This document shows, in pieces, positions 16,233 through 26,500 of a stretch of DNA of 27,614 nt. The translations under genes and the position numbers were made by a program. The stretch is from Clostridia bacterium (GTDB taxonomy: Bacteria; Bacillota; Clostridia; Christensenellales; Pumilibacteraceae). How positions within the stretch are numbered: position 1 is the first letter of the stretch; every line of letters starts with the position of its first letter. Below the pieces are notes generated by a model. That model worked only from the letters and a program-made list of their open reading frames with translations. It was not told the DNA's origin and did no database searches. The DNA is taken from positions 1 through 27,614 of the forward strand of contig CAAFIN010000339.1 in NCBI GenBank assembly GCA_900762945.1, written 5' to 3'.

Positions 16233-18509
16233 ATGAAAGCCTATTTTCCGAAAATCGACGAAAACGACAAGAACGTGACCGTGGCGTTCCGCTACGCGCC
16301 CGATAAAAACCATGAAAACCTCGAGTTGCGTATCTCCGCGTCGAACGCGTTCGGCGTTTTTTCGGACGGCAAACTGATTTTTCGCGGTCCTATCCGCTCG
16401 GCGCACGGTTACAGTCACGTTTCGAACGTCGAATTTCGTTCAGTTATGCCCACCTGCATAGTTATCGAGGTCGCGTACTACGGAATCAACGGTTTCGCGT
16501 ACGTCGACGAGCCGCCGTTCCTTGCCGCGGAACTCGTTGCAAACGGCGAAATCGTAGCCACCGCCGCCGATTTCGAAGCGTTCCGCCTTACCGACCGCGT
16601 GCAGAAAGCGCCGCGCTACAGTTTTCAGCGGGCGTTCTCCGAAAGTTACGTTATGCAAAACAGCCGCGAAGCGCTCTACCGCGGCTTACCCGTCCGCTAC
16701 CCGCGACTGAGTCTTGCCGAAACCGAGGGCAATACTCTTACGCCATGCGATATTTCTCTGCCGATACTCAGCCCCGAGCCGATAGAAACAGTAATCGAAC
16801 GCGGGCATCTCGGCGTAAACCCCGCGCCGCACCTTTTCCGCGACCGCTGTATCGTGAATATCGGCGAAATACTGAAAGGTTACACACTCGACACGCTGGA
16901 ATCATTCCCACCCGACGAAGTTGCCGCACTCGCGTTCGTTCCGGACAAAACCGGAAAATACAACGGAAAACTCGCCGACGGTTACGCGCTGTTCGACTGC
17001 GGAATAAACCGCACGGCGTTTATCGGACTGAACGTTTCGGCAGAAAAAAACTCAACCGTTTACGTTATTTTCGACGAAATTTTATGGGACGACGGCATGA
17101 GCGATGCAGCGTTTGCTGCATCGCACCCGCAAGGCGCGCTCCCGCTGTCGTTCTACCGCATGCAATGTTGCAATATCGTCAAGTACGATCTCTCCCCCGG
17201 CAAGTACGATCTTCTCTCGTTCGAGCCGTACACTTTCCGCTATCTCAAAGTGATCGTAAAAGGCTCGGCGACGATAAGCCGCGTTTACCGCACGCCGTAC
17301 GAAAATCCCGACTCGGACGAAACGATCTTTGCGTCGTCCGACGACAAATTGAACGCAATCTTCGAAGCGGGCAAACGCACTTTTGCACAAAACGCCGTGG
17401 ACGTTTTGACCGACTGTCCGTCGCGCGAGCGCGCGGGCTGGCTGTGCGACAGTTATTTCACCGCGCGCGCCGAACGCCTGCTTACCGGCAAAAACGCGGT
17501 CGAACGCAATCTTCTCGATTGTTACCGCCTTGCGCCCGAGTCGCCGTTCCTGCCGCCCGAAATGCCCGCCATGTGCTACCCCGCCGACCACAACGACGGC
17601 GTGTTTATCCCAAACTGGGCGATGTTCCTCATAGTCGAACTAAAAGACTATCTCCGTAGAACGGGCGACGAAACCATGACGGACGGCTTCCGCAACAAGA
17701 TCGCGCGGCTTTTAGATTACTTCTCGCGCTACGAGAACGAATACGGACTGCTCGAAAATCTGCCCGGGTGGGTGTTCGTCGAGTGGAGCGACTGCTCGAA
17801 GTTCCTTACCCCCGTCAATATCCCCACGAACATGCTTTACGCGCTCGCGCTAGAAGCCGCCGCCGACCTTTACGGCGACGACTCCGCGAAAGCCAAAGCC
17901 GAAGCGATTAAAAACACTATCCGCGCGCTTGCGTTCGACGGCGAGTTTTTCGAGGACAACCTCGTGCGCGAGAACGGCAAACTCGTCCGCGCGGGCAACG
18001 TAACCGAAACCTGTCAGTACTACGCGTTCTTCACCGGGGTCGCGAATAAAGCCGACTACCCCGCGCTTTTCGAAACCGTGCTGACCTCGTTCGGACCACT
18101 GAGAAGCGCCGACGTTTACCCGAATATTCCGCGCTCGAACGCGTTCATCGGTAATTTTCTGCGGCTGGAAACGCTCGACCGCTACGGCGAAGAAGAAACT
18201 ATCCTTCGCGAGTTCACGCCGTATTTCGGGCGTATGTCCCGGCGCACCGGCACGCTGTGGGAAAACAACGACCCGCACGCGAGTTGCTGTCACGGCTTCG
18301 CTTCGTATATCTGCGTACTTTACGCCAAGATCGCGTTCGGCTATCTCGGCTTCGACGAAACCTACAAAACGATTATTCTTCGCGAAAACTTCCGCCTTTC
18401 GGGTTCGGCGCGCTTCCCCGTTCCCGGCGGCTTCGTAAGTATCGAAATTACGAACGGAACTCGCGCGGTTTCGATCCCCGACGGCTACGAACTCAAAATC
18501 GTAAAATAA
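16233..18509 (+). CDS. GH78-like alpha-L-rhamnosidase (cytoplasmic, (alpha/alpha)6 barrel), 758 aa
   Basis: TDCPSRERAGWLCDS matches the GH78 DCPxRER-GW-D catalytic-acid motif. TGTLWE and SCCHGFAS match the GH78 TxWE / SxxH motifs. FRYL precedes the barrel. No signal peptide. Confidence 0.85.
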   Translation: MKAYFPKIDENDKNVTVAFRYAPDKNHENLELRISASNAFGVFSDGKLIFRGPIRSAHGYSHVSNVEFRSVMPTCIVIEVAYYGINGFAYVDEPPFLAAELVANGEIVATAADFEAFRLTDRVQKAPRYSFQRAFSESYVMQNSREALYRGLPVRYPRLSLAETEGNTLTPCDISLPILSPEPIETVIERGHLGVNPAPHLFRDRCIVNIGEILKGYTLDTLESFPPDEVAALAFVPDKTGKYNGKLADGYALFDCGINRTAFIGLNVSAEKNSTVYVIFDEILWDDGMSDAAFAASHPQGALPLSFYRMQCCNIVKYDLSPGKYDLLSFEPYTFRYLKVIVKGSATISRVYRTPYENPDSDETIFASSDDKLNAIFEAGKRTFAQNAVDVLTDCPSRERAGWLCDSYFTARAERLLTGKNAVERNLLDCYRLAPESPFLPPEMPAMCYPADHNDGVFIPNWAMFLIVELKDYLRRTGDETMTDGFRNKIARLLDYFSRYENEYGLLENLPGWVFVEWSDCSKFLTPVNIPTNMLYALALEAAADLYGDDSAKAKAEAIKNTIRALAFDGEFFEDNLVRENGKLVRAGNVTETCQYYAFFTGVANKADYPALFETVLTSFGPLRSADVYPNIPRSNAFIGNFLRLETLDRYGEEETILREFTPYFGRMSRRTGTLWENNDPHASCCHGFASYICVLYAKIAFGYLGFDETYKTIILRENFRLSGSARFPVPGGFVSIEITNGTRAVSIPDGYELKIVK

Positions 18510-18526
18510 CGCACCCCGGCATATAT

Positions 18527-18576
18527 AAAAAAACGAACGCCCGCGAAAGCACAACGCTTCCGCAGGCGTTTTCGTT
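18527..18576 (-). terminator. Intrinsic terminator between the convergent GH78-like and GH106-like genes
   Basis: On the minus strand the RNA forms a 15-bp stem (AACGCCUGCGGAAGC / GCUUUCGCGGGCGUU, two G-U pairs; arms 18556-18570 and 18536-18550) followed by CG and a 7-U run. The plus strand gives a weaker stem with a short T-run. Confidence 0.8.
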
Positions 18577-18632
18577 ATACTCTTTTTCGCGTTTATCACG
18601 CAGGATCAAGGTGCCGACTTTTGTACTTTTCG

Positions 18633-21038
18633 TTAATCGCGATCGTTTTCAAAGTCAATCAGCCTTATGCCGTCGAAGCCGAGCGGCGCAAGCGCGTCGT
18701 ACTGCGACAGTTTGTCGCGAAGCGCGTTCGCAAGCGTGTCGTTCATCGTGATTTCCAGCGCGTTCTCGCCGTCAAGCACGCAGTCCGAAATATCGTAAAC
18801 GTACGGCGGGCAGATTCTGTACCCGAGATCTCTACCGTTCAGCACCGCGCGCACGCTTCCGTCCGCGCCGTCGATCGCAAGCAGTTTTTTGCACTTTTCG
18901 GTAGTAAAAGCGCACTCGAATTTTACCGTTCCCGAGAACGACGGCATTTCGTCCGCGGCGCATAGGTCGAACGGCGGCATTATCGTTTTGTAAAACGCAA
19001 ACTCGTCCTTGTCGTAAGCCCGAACGCTCGCCTTGAATTTCGCCGTCAACTGCTTTTCCGCGATAATTTTTCTCGGGCCTGCCGCCTTGCCGCGACAAAC
19101 CGTCACGGAAGCGCCCGGTTCGAGATCGAGCGCGAACTTGCCGTCTTTTGCGGTGTAACTATACTCGCCGAGGAAGTCGCGCACCGCGAACTCGCCGCGT
19201 TTTTTTAGATCCGCGGTCGCGTTTATCCGCTTGCCGCCGGCGTTAAAGAACAGATACCCGTCCTCGCCGTCCTTGACGTAATGGTAAAAGCGCAGATTTT
19301 TACATTCCCCGCCGAACTCGACGTCGCGGAACCCGGAAAGTTTTTTGACAATATCCCGCTCGCCGCCCTTACCCGCGAAAATCACGGGTTTTCCGAGATT
19401 GCGCAGTTCGTTTTTCAGTTCCTCGGACAAAAACTCGGCGTAAGGCGCGACGATAAGTTTTACGTCTGCAGACCTGAGCGCGTACGACGGCACGATAAGC
19501 GCGTTGAAACCGTTTTCGTGCAAGGTTTTCAGCACCTTGTCGACGGGCGTATAGTCCTTGCCCGACCAGCAACTTTCCGCGTGGTACAGCACGCCGATAT
19601 CGATTTTCGGCTTACCGCCCGAGAACAGTTCGCAACCGTATTCGGCGTACTCCATCAGCCTACCGAACGCGGGATACTCGGGGTTTTTGCCGCCGCAGAA
19701 AAAGTGCGGAGGACAATCGTTGTTCGGAAACTCCGACGAGAACGCGTGCGGCACGAAATGATTGATACCGCCGACCAGCATGAGATCGACCAGGTATTTC
19801 ATATTTCTGACGTTTTCGCCCCAACCGTAAGCCCCGAAAACCTCGCAAAGACTGTCGCCGTGCTTTCTTTCGTCGAGCGCGGCGGCGGAAGCGGCGAGCG
19901 AAGCGAGCGTATGACAGAAAAAGTCGGGCGAAGAATAATATCCGCTTATCGGCGCAACGTGATCGTACTCCGTCGAATACGGCTTGATCTGATGAAGCAC
20001 CACGTCCACTCCCGCCATATCCTGCCCGGACTGGCTCTTGAAGTAATGCCCCGGTCCTCTGCCAGTCATAAGGTGGCAGTTCATATCCTCGATGATATGC
20101 CCGACGTAGCGCACGCCACGGTCGCGACACCACTTGCCCGCGCGCTCGGTAAAGCAGTCGCGGTAAAGATCGGAAATTATATCCATATACGCGATACGTA
20201 TTTCGCAGTCGCGGTCGTTTCTCAACTGCCACAGCGCGATATAATCGGACTCGTCGAAGCCCGCGATACGCGCCCGAAGCCGCTCGTTCACTTCTTCCGA
20301 GTATGGAAAAGCGTGACCGTCCGTGCCTAAACCCGTAGTGTAAATGTTAAGGTTGTACTTGACGAAGTTCTCGTTGTAATCGTTGAAAAAACCGGGTTCG
20401 TCGGAGAAAAAGCCTTGGAAAACGTTGCCGAAATACTTGGCGTAACGCGCGTAATGCGGCTCGTACACGTTGTCAACGAGCAGATCGACCGAAGCGGGGT
20501 TGATCATATCCATGCGGTCGCGCCTGCCGCCGCCGCGCGTTTCGACTATCGTCGCTATGCGGTAAAGTTCGCCTTCGGGAAGATCGAAATACAACATCCC
20601 CTCCGCTAAACGCGAAGTAAGGCAAACCGGCTTCGAGTAATTTACGCCGTCCTTTTCGTGCGGATAAGCCGCGGCGTAGATAATTCTGTCGTTCCCTAAG
20701 TCCCACTGCGTGATTCTGCCGTTCTTTCTGCCCACCGCGTCCACGAATTTCGCGGCGATTCTGCGCTGTTGCAGATCGGGGTACTCGATAACCTTGTCGC
20801 AAGCGTAGCCGGTCGGGTAACGTATATCGTCGAGAATCCAGACGTGCATGCCGAGTTTTTCCGCGAGCGCGAAGATAAAATCGAGGTCGCTCCACCACTT
20901 CTCGCCGCAAAAATCGGGGTGCGGGCGCGACTCGACGCAGAACGCCCTCAGTCCGCTGTCGTAAATTGCCTGTATTTCGTTTCCGATAGCCTCGCGACTT
21001 TCGCCTTTCAGCCACAGAAACGGAAAAATATGTTCCAT
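18633..21038 (-). CDS. GH106-like glycoside hydrolase (putative alpha-L-rhamnosidase) with a C-terminal GH2-type sugar-binding-like domain, 801 aa
   Basis: PFLW..., WILDDIRYPTGYA, GFFSDEPGF, GHIIED, SLCEVFGAYGW, GINHFVPHAF, C-terminal VLNGRDLGYRICPPYVYDIS...GENALEI. No signal peptide. Specificity cannot be determined from sequence alone. Confidence 0.72.
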   Translation of the reverse strand: MEHIFPFLWLKGESREAIGNEIQAIYDSGLRAFCVESRPHPDFCGEKWWSDLDFIFALAEKLGMHVWILDDIRYPTGYACDKVIEYPDLQQRRIAAKFVDAVGRKNGRITQWDLGNDRIIYAAAYPHEKDGVNYSKPVCLTSRLAEGMLYFDLPEGELYRIATIVETRGGGRRDRMDMINPASVDLLVDNVYEPHYARYAKYFGNVFQGFFSDEPGFFNDYNENFVKYNLNIYTTGLGTDGHAFPYSEEVNERLRARIAGFDESDYIALWQLRNDRDCEIRIAYMDIISDLYRDCFTERAGKWCRDRGVRYVGHIIEDMNCHLMTGRGPGHYFKSQSGQDMAGVDVVLHQIKPYSTEYDHVAPISGYYSSPDFFCHTLASLAASAAALDERKHGDSLCEVFGAYGWGENVRNMKYLVDLMLVGGINHFVPHAFSSEFPNNDCPPHFFCGGKNPEYPAFGRLMEYAEYGCELFSGGKPKIDIGVLYHAESCWSGKDYTPVDKVLKTLHENGFNALIVPSYALRSADVKLIVAPYAEFLSEELKNELRNLGKPVIFAGKGGERDIVKKLSGFRDVEFGGECKNLRFYHYVKDGEDGYLFFNAGGKRINATADLKKRGEFAVRDFLGEYSYTAKDGKFALDLEPGASVTVCRGKAAGPRKIIAEKQLTAKFKASVRAYDKDEFAFYKTIMPPFDLCAADEMPSFSGTVKFECAFTTEKCKKLLAIDGADGSVRAVLNGRDLGYRICPPYVYDISDCVLDGENALEITMNDTLANALRDKLSQYDALAPLGFDGIRLIDFENDRD

Positions 21039-21068
21039 TTTCGGTAGTTCCTTATGTAGTAAATGCGA

Positions 21069-22700
21069 TTAAAGCAGGTTAAGCGTAGCGATTGCGCCCC
21101 AGGTGTTCTGAAGTAGCAATTCGTTCTCGCGGCACGGTTCTTTGCCGTCGCCGAGTATCGGTTCTTCCAGTTCCGGCACGGACAAAACCTTACCGTCCAG
21201 ATAGTCGATCAGTCTGCGAGTGACGTCGTCCAGTCTGTAAATCAGCCCGCCGAGGCGAATGTCCGTCACTTCGAAGCCGTAGGGCTTGTAAAGTCTGTAC
21301 CAGTAATCACGGATCGCTTCGTAAAACCGCTCCAGTTTCTTTTTTAGCGGACGGCAGCGCTTTTCGATAAATTCGCACATACCCGCTTTGTCGCCCGCCG
21401 CGTAAAGTTTTCTCGCGACTATGCCGAAATCGGCTTTGTAGTAAAGACACTCGGACAGCAATCTCAGCGTTTTGAAAATAAAACCGTATTCGGGGTGCTT
21501 TTCCGTCTTTTTCAGCCGCCGCGCGTGATCGGCGTAGATCTCGCCCGCGCCTTCTTTTACCGCGCGGTCGTTGACTCCCGTCAGAAACTCGTTGTAAAGG
21601 AGGTATTTCGCGGCGTTGCACTTGACCGTTTCGTCCTGATCGGCCGACAAAAAGTTCGGCAGATCCAGCGCGATGAAATCGTCGTAACGCACCCCGACCG
21701 CTTCGTAGAACTTGCGTTTTATCGATTTTTCGTCGAAATTGCCTTTCGCGTACTCGGCGGTATGCACCAGCGCGGGCAGAACCGAGAACGGCGAACACGA
21801 ACCGCCGCCGTCGCCCCACACGGTAGTAAGAATCTCGTTCACGCCGTTTTTCCGACAAGCCGCCATCGCCGCTTTCGCCGCGCGTATGCCGTAGTAATTG
21901 AGCGGAGTAAGCCCTACCCACGACCATACGCCGCCCGCGAACGTTAAGCGATCGGTCAGTTTCAGATGCGAACGGATATTCGCCGCGTAGTTTTCCTCGT
22001 CCAGCGAATAATAATCCCAGTAGATGAGCGTGACGTTATCCGGGATATTGTCGGCGATCTCTTTCGGGATTTCCTCTTCCTTGTCCGAGAAGTTCGTGCC
22101 GCCGAACGCCGCGTAAAAGAACATATCGCTCCACATCGAGCAATTAAATCCGTGCTTATTCGCGATTTCGTTCACGCGCTTTAAGTGCTTGAGCATTATT
22201 TCCGCGCGGGGAACTTCGCCGTGAATTTCGCGGTACTTTCCGCTGCCGAGCGCGTGCGCTTCGTCCATACCGATATTCACGCGCCGCGACGTAAAACATT
22301 CGGCGAGCGTTTCGAAAATATGCTCGATGAGTTCGTACGTTCTTTCGTCGTCCGCGAGCAGAATATCCGCGGTATCGCGAATTCCCGCGTACTCTTTCCA
22401 CCGAAAAATGCCGCGAAGGTGCGCCAACGTCTGTATGCACGGCACGAGTTCCACGCCGCTAGCCGCGGCAATACGGTCGATTTCCTTTAGTTCAGCTTTC
22501 GAGTACCGTCCGCGAAGATATCCGAAGTACGGTTCTCCGTTCACTTCGTAAGTGTCCTCGGTGTACAGCATGAGCGTGATATAGCCGATTTTCGAAAGCA
22601 CGGGGATAAGCGAACGCAATGCTTCTACGTTCATGACGGAGTTTCGGGAACAATCTACCATTACTCCGAGTTTCGGATTATTTTCTTGAATATTCGGCAT
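21069..22700 (-). CDS. Beta-N-acetylhexosaminidase, GH20 (GcnA/HexD-like), 543 aa
   Basis: VMVDCSRN, LMLYTEDTYEV, ELVPCIQTLAH, NIGMDEAH (catalytic Asp-Glu pair), MWSDMFF, IYWDYY, C-terminal KPYGFEVTDIRLGGL. Overlaps the upstream gene by 23 nt; SD GAGGAG. Confidence 0.9.
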   Translation of the reverse strand: MPNIQENNPKLGVMVDCSRNSVMNVEALRSLIPVLSKIGYITLMLYTEDTYEVNGEPYFGYLRGRYSKAELKEIDRIAAASGVELVPCIQTLAHLRGIFRWKEYAGIRDTADILLADDERTYELIEHIFETLAECFTSRRVNIGMDEAHALGSGKYREIHGEVPRAEIMLKHLKRVNEIANKHGFNCSMWSDMFFYAAFGGTNFSDKEEEIPKEIADNIPDNVTLIYWDYYSLDEENYAANIRSHLKLTDRLTFAGGVWSWVGLTPLNYYGIRAAKAAMAACRKNGVNEILTTVWGDGGGSCSPFSVLPALVHTAEYAKGNFDEKSIKRKFYEAVGVRYDDFIALDLPNFLSADQDETVKCNAAKYLLYNEFLTGVNDRAVKEGAGEIYADHARRLKKTEKHPEYGFIFKTLRLLSECLYYKADFGIVARKLYAAGDKAGMCEFIEKRCRPLKKKLERFYEAIRDYWYRLYKPYGFEVTDIRLGGLIYRLDDVTRRLIDYLDGKVLSVPELEEPILGDGKEPCRENELLLQNTWGAIATLNLL

Positions 22701-23502
22701 ATTTGCGGAACAACTCCTCGTAATTATTTCTCACGGCGATCGGATCGTCGTAGGTTTTCATATTGCACACTTCGTAAGTAAAATATCCGTCGTAGCCGAT
22801 TTTTTCAAGCGCGGCGATAACTGACATAAAGTCGACTATACCCTCGCCCGGAAGCCAGTGCCGCTCGTTCGTTTCGTCGCGGTCGGAAACGTGCAAGCCG
22901 ACGAGATAGTCGCATAGAGCAAGCACGCAGTCCGATTCCTTTTCCTGCATTATGTGATTAAGGTCGATCACGGTTTTCAGCCCGTCGACTTCCCCGAGAA
23001 TATACAGCATTTCTTTCGAAGTGTTGCCGAGGCAGTTGCGCGGGAGTACTTCCGCGGCGATCCGAACGGGCGATTCTTTCACTAATTTACGATAGGAATC
23101 TATAAGATTGCTTAGTCCCTTTTCTCTGTCTCCGCCGACTGGGAAATCCCAACCGTTGGTGTGCGTGACGATATACTTAAAACCGTAGCCACTCACACGC
23201 TTGCAGATGTCGATACTGCGCCGCACCGCTTCCGCGCGCTGCTCGTCGTTGAAGTTGAAATAGCAGAACAGCGGGCCGAACGTCATGTGAAAACTATTGA
23301 GATTAAAGCCGAGGTCGCGGAACGCGTCGAGTCGTCTTTCCGTTTTCTCGAAGTACTCGTCCTGTTCGGCGCGGGTAGCGGAGCACACTTCGCAAGCCGC
23401 GACTTCGAGCGTATCGATCCCGGCGTCTTTCAATCCTTTTATAAGTTCGGGTTTCTCCGCGTCGCCCAGTTGCACGCCTACGGATAATTTCGGTTTATAC
23501 AT
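22678..23502 (-). CDS. Sugar phosphate isomerase/epimerase, xylose-isomerase-like TIM barrel (AP_endonuc_2 family), 274 aa
   Basis: Metal-ligand motifs IAAEVLPRNCLG, IDLNH, LHVSDRD..ERHWLPGEG, FTYE. SD AAAGGAGA. Confidence 0.85.
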   Translation of the reverse strand: MYKPKLSVGVQLGDAEKPELIKGLKDAGIDTLEVAACEVCSATRAEQDEYFEKTERRLDAFRDLGFNLNSFHMTFGPLFCYFNFNDEQRAEAVRRSIDICKRVSGYGFKYIVTHTNGWDFPVGGDREKGLSNLIDSYRKLVKESPVRIAAEVLPRNCLGNTSKEMLYILGEVDGLKTVIDLNHIMQEKESDCVLALCDYLVGLHVSDRDETNERHWLPGEGIVDFMSVIAALEKIGYDGYFTYEVCNMKTYDDPIAVRNNYEELFRKYAEYSRK

Positions 23503-23525
23503 AGTATGTTTCTCCTTTGAATTTG

Positions 23526-23565
23526 CGGGTTCGGAGGAAGCGCAGAACGCGCCCCCCCGAACCCG
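23526..23565. other. Long GC-rich intercistronic stem-loop
   Basis: CGGGTTCGG (23526-23534) / CCGAACCCG (23557-23565), plus inner G-C/G-U pairing and GCGC/GCGC. There is no U-tract on the coding (minus) strand. Confidence 0.7.
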
Positions 23566-23582
23566 GATTTTTGCTTAAGTAT

Positions 23583-26500
23583 TTACGCGTCGTTGCGGGT
23601 CAGTCCGTTTCCGGTCGCGGCGAGCGCAAGCCCCGTATCGATCCAGGAAGTCGCGAGCGTGGCGCTTGCCGCGTACTTGCCGTCGAAAGTCATTTCCGCG
23701 CCGAGTTTGGAAAAATGTCCGATTGCCATAGGAATTTCGGTATCCTCGGCGGTATAGCCTATCGTCGAGTAACCGACGAAAAACTCGTAAACTTCGGTGG
23801 TAACTCCGTTCGTTATATCGGAATTGCCGGTAGCGGCGGTAGGCGTGCCGCTACTCGTCCATGCGACCGTAAAGCGCGGCATATTGCCGTTCTTGGTCGA
23901 CAATGCGGTGCCGGAAAAGCCTATATTGCCGAAGAAGTTGAGCATAAACGTTCCGTCAAGCCCCAGCCCGAACATCGTGTTCTTCGCGCCGTCCTTGCCG
24001 CCGATAATCACTTCTATCGCGTCGATCCAATGCGCCGCGTCGTTGCCCGTTGCGGTCGAATTGATACGCGCCTTGTTCGTGGTGATTTCCGCGCGGATAT
24101 ACAGTCCGTCGTCGCCCTTTACTGCGGTGAATTTCATTGCGTTGCCGTTGCCGGTCGAGTCGGTATAAGTCACGGACGACTTGCCAGCCAGAACGTCCGG
24201 ATTGAACGCGTGTTTGACAACGGAGATCGTAACGTCGGCGGTCACGAACGAACCGGGAATAACGTAAGCGTTTCCGCTTACCGACGCGAAGTTCCCGTCG
24301 CTGCCGTCGAACGCGTAGGTTTTATCGCCTATCGCGGCGGTCACTTCAAAAAAATAGTTTTCTTCGCCCGCGACGGTGAACGAATAGTCCACGCCGTAAG
24401 TCGCCTTATTCTCGCCCGCTTCCGCTCCGGAAACGAACGCGCGGGAGTACTTATCCACGCCGCCCGAGGTAAACTCGCTCAAGCCAATCCCGACGTGCGT
24501 TACGCGGTAAGTTGCCGCTTCCCACACGGCGTAAAGCGTGACCGTGCCGCTTTCCGCAAGCAGGTCGTCTGTAATTCTCTCGCCGTCCGCATAAACTACC
24601 GCGCCGCCCGCTTCGCTCGCCCAGCCCTTAAAGACGTAGTGAGGTTTCGTAAAGCCCGAAGTCGTGAGCGTGAACGGCACTCCTACGTAAGCGGTTACGC
24701 TCGCGGTAGAGCCGCTTGCACCCTCGCCGCCGTCGAACGCCACGGTATAACTCACTCTGTCGATAAGTCTGACCGAAATCTCGATATCGCCCAGAATATC
24801 GTTGCCGTCTATCGTGTAAGTATCGCCGTCCGCAGTCGCCTCGTACTCTTCGCCGCCTATGCGGATCACGACTATTAACAGGCGCGTGTCGTCGGTTGCC
24901 GCCGCGCCCGATTTCTTCGCCGTGAACGCGAAGTCCGTGCCGTGCGTGGCGGTAGTGCCAAGCCCGGAAATCTCGTACTCGTCCGCTACCGACGAGGGCA
25001 ACGCCGCGCCGTTCTTGCCCGTAACCGCGTAGGTCGCGTGGCTGTAACGCGCGTACAGCGTAAGTCCGAACACTTCGGTTTTCGCGAGAACGCGCGTACT
25101 TTCGATCTTTTCGCCGCCGTCCGCGCTGTCGTACCAGGCGTCGAAGACGTAGCCCGCTTTGGTCGCGACGGGAAGCGCGCCGAGCGCCGCTCCCGCGGTA
25201 AGGGGCTGAACGTACTCGTCCGCCGCCACGCTGCCACCGCAAGCGTCGAAATTCACGGGGCTGTGTTCGTAATCGCCGTTGCCGTTAAAGCGCAAGCCCG
25301 TCTTGGTGAACTTGAAGTTGAGCGCCTGGAGCGAGCCGTAGCCGCCTACTTTCCACTGCGCGTTGCCGTTGATTTTGTTGTTTTGATAGAACGCGAACGC
25401 TTCTATGGCGAGGTCGTCGCCGCTGCCGACGGGGCTTACGCCGTGCTTTGCTTTGAGTTCGCGGAAAGGCACGAACGCTTCGATAACCGAAACGCAGGTT
25501 TCGCCGCGATCGATCGTGACGCAAGCCGTACCGTAACCGTCGCCGTCGCCGTTACCGACCATATTGAGTTCTTCTCTTACTCTGAAACCGTCCGTCCAGC
25601 CGTTAGTTCCGAAGAACGTAGCGAGTACCGCCACGGGCGACTGCTCGCCGACGTCGGCGTGCTTGAGATACGCCGCGTAATAAATACCCTCGTCCGTGAC
25701 GAAGCCCTTGTACACCGCGCTGCCGTAACTCTCGGAGAAAGTCAAGCCGCCGGTAGTTTTCCACTTCTCTTCGTCGAGAACGCCGTCTATCGTAATGCCC
25801 GCGTCGCGTTTTGCCTGCGCGTCGTAATCGTACACGCCGTCCGCGGTCAGAAGAGTACTGTAACCGATCTTGTCCGCGACGAGGCTGCCGCCGAACTTAG
25901 CCCAGCATTGCGGATTGACGTTCGCTTTGCCGGGGAACGCGAGCGTTTCGCCCGTGCGTGTTACGAACGTCATCGTGAAATATATATCCTCGTTCGCCGC
26001 GCCGTAAGCCGACGTTTGCTCGGCAGGGATCATGATTTCGTAATGCGAAACGATCTTGCCGCCGACGCTTTCCGAATAAGTAACGGATTTCATGTTCGCG
26101 ATAATGCCCGCGTCCGCAGTCCAGGGGTTTACCGGCAAGCCCGCGAAGTACACGCCGCCCGCCGACAGATAAACGTCGGTAACGGCAGAACCGTCGGTTT
26201 TTCTCAGAACGAGTCTTACGACGTCGGAATTGCTGTGATTGCCGATATTATCGATCGCGCCGCTGACGACCGTCACGCGGAAGTACGCGTCGCCGTTTGC
26301 CGCGCGGTAGCCCTCGTACTTTACTCGGTTGCCGTTCGGAGCGCTTTCGGCGTAGTTTTTGAACGCGCCGCCGTCGACGTACTCGTAACTTGCTTTTTCT
26401 GCCGCGATTTCGATTCCCGCGACGTGCTTTTCCACGTTTATAACGATATTTCCGTCGATATCCGCGCCGCTAATCGTATATTTGCCGTCAGCCGCCGCGA

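Noticed and set aside
12157..23502. Oxidative 3-keto-glycoside cleavage pathway (AP_endonuc_2 eliminase plus DUF1080-like jelly rolls)
   Set aside because: There is no Gfo/Idh/MocA or GMC oxidoreductase in the window, and the jelly-roll-like domains are extracellular while the TIM-barrel protein is cytoplasmic.
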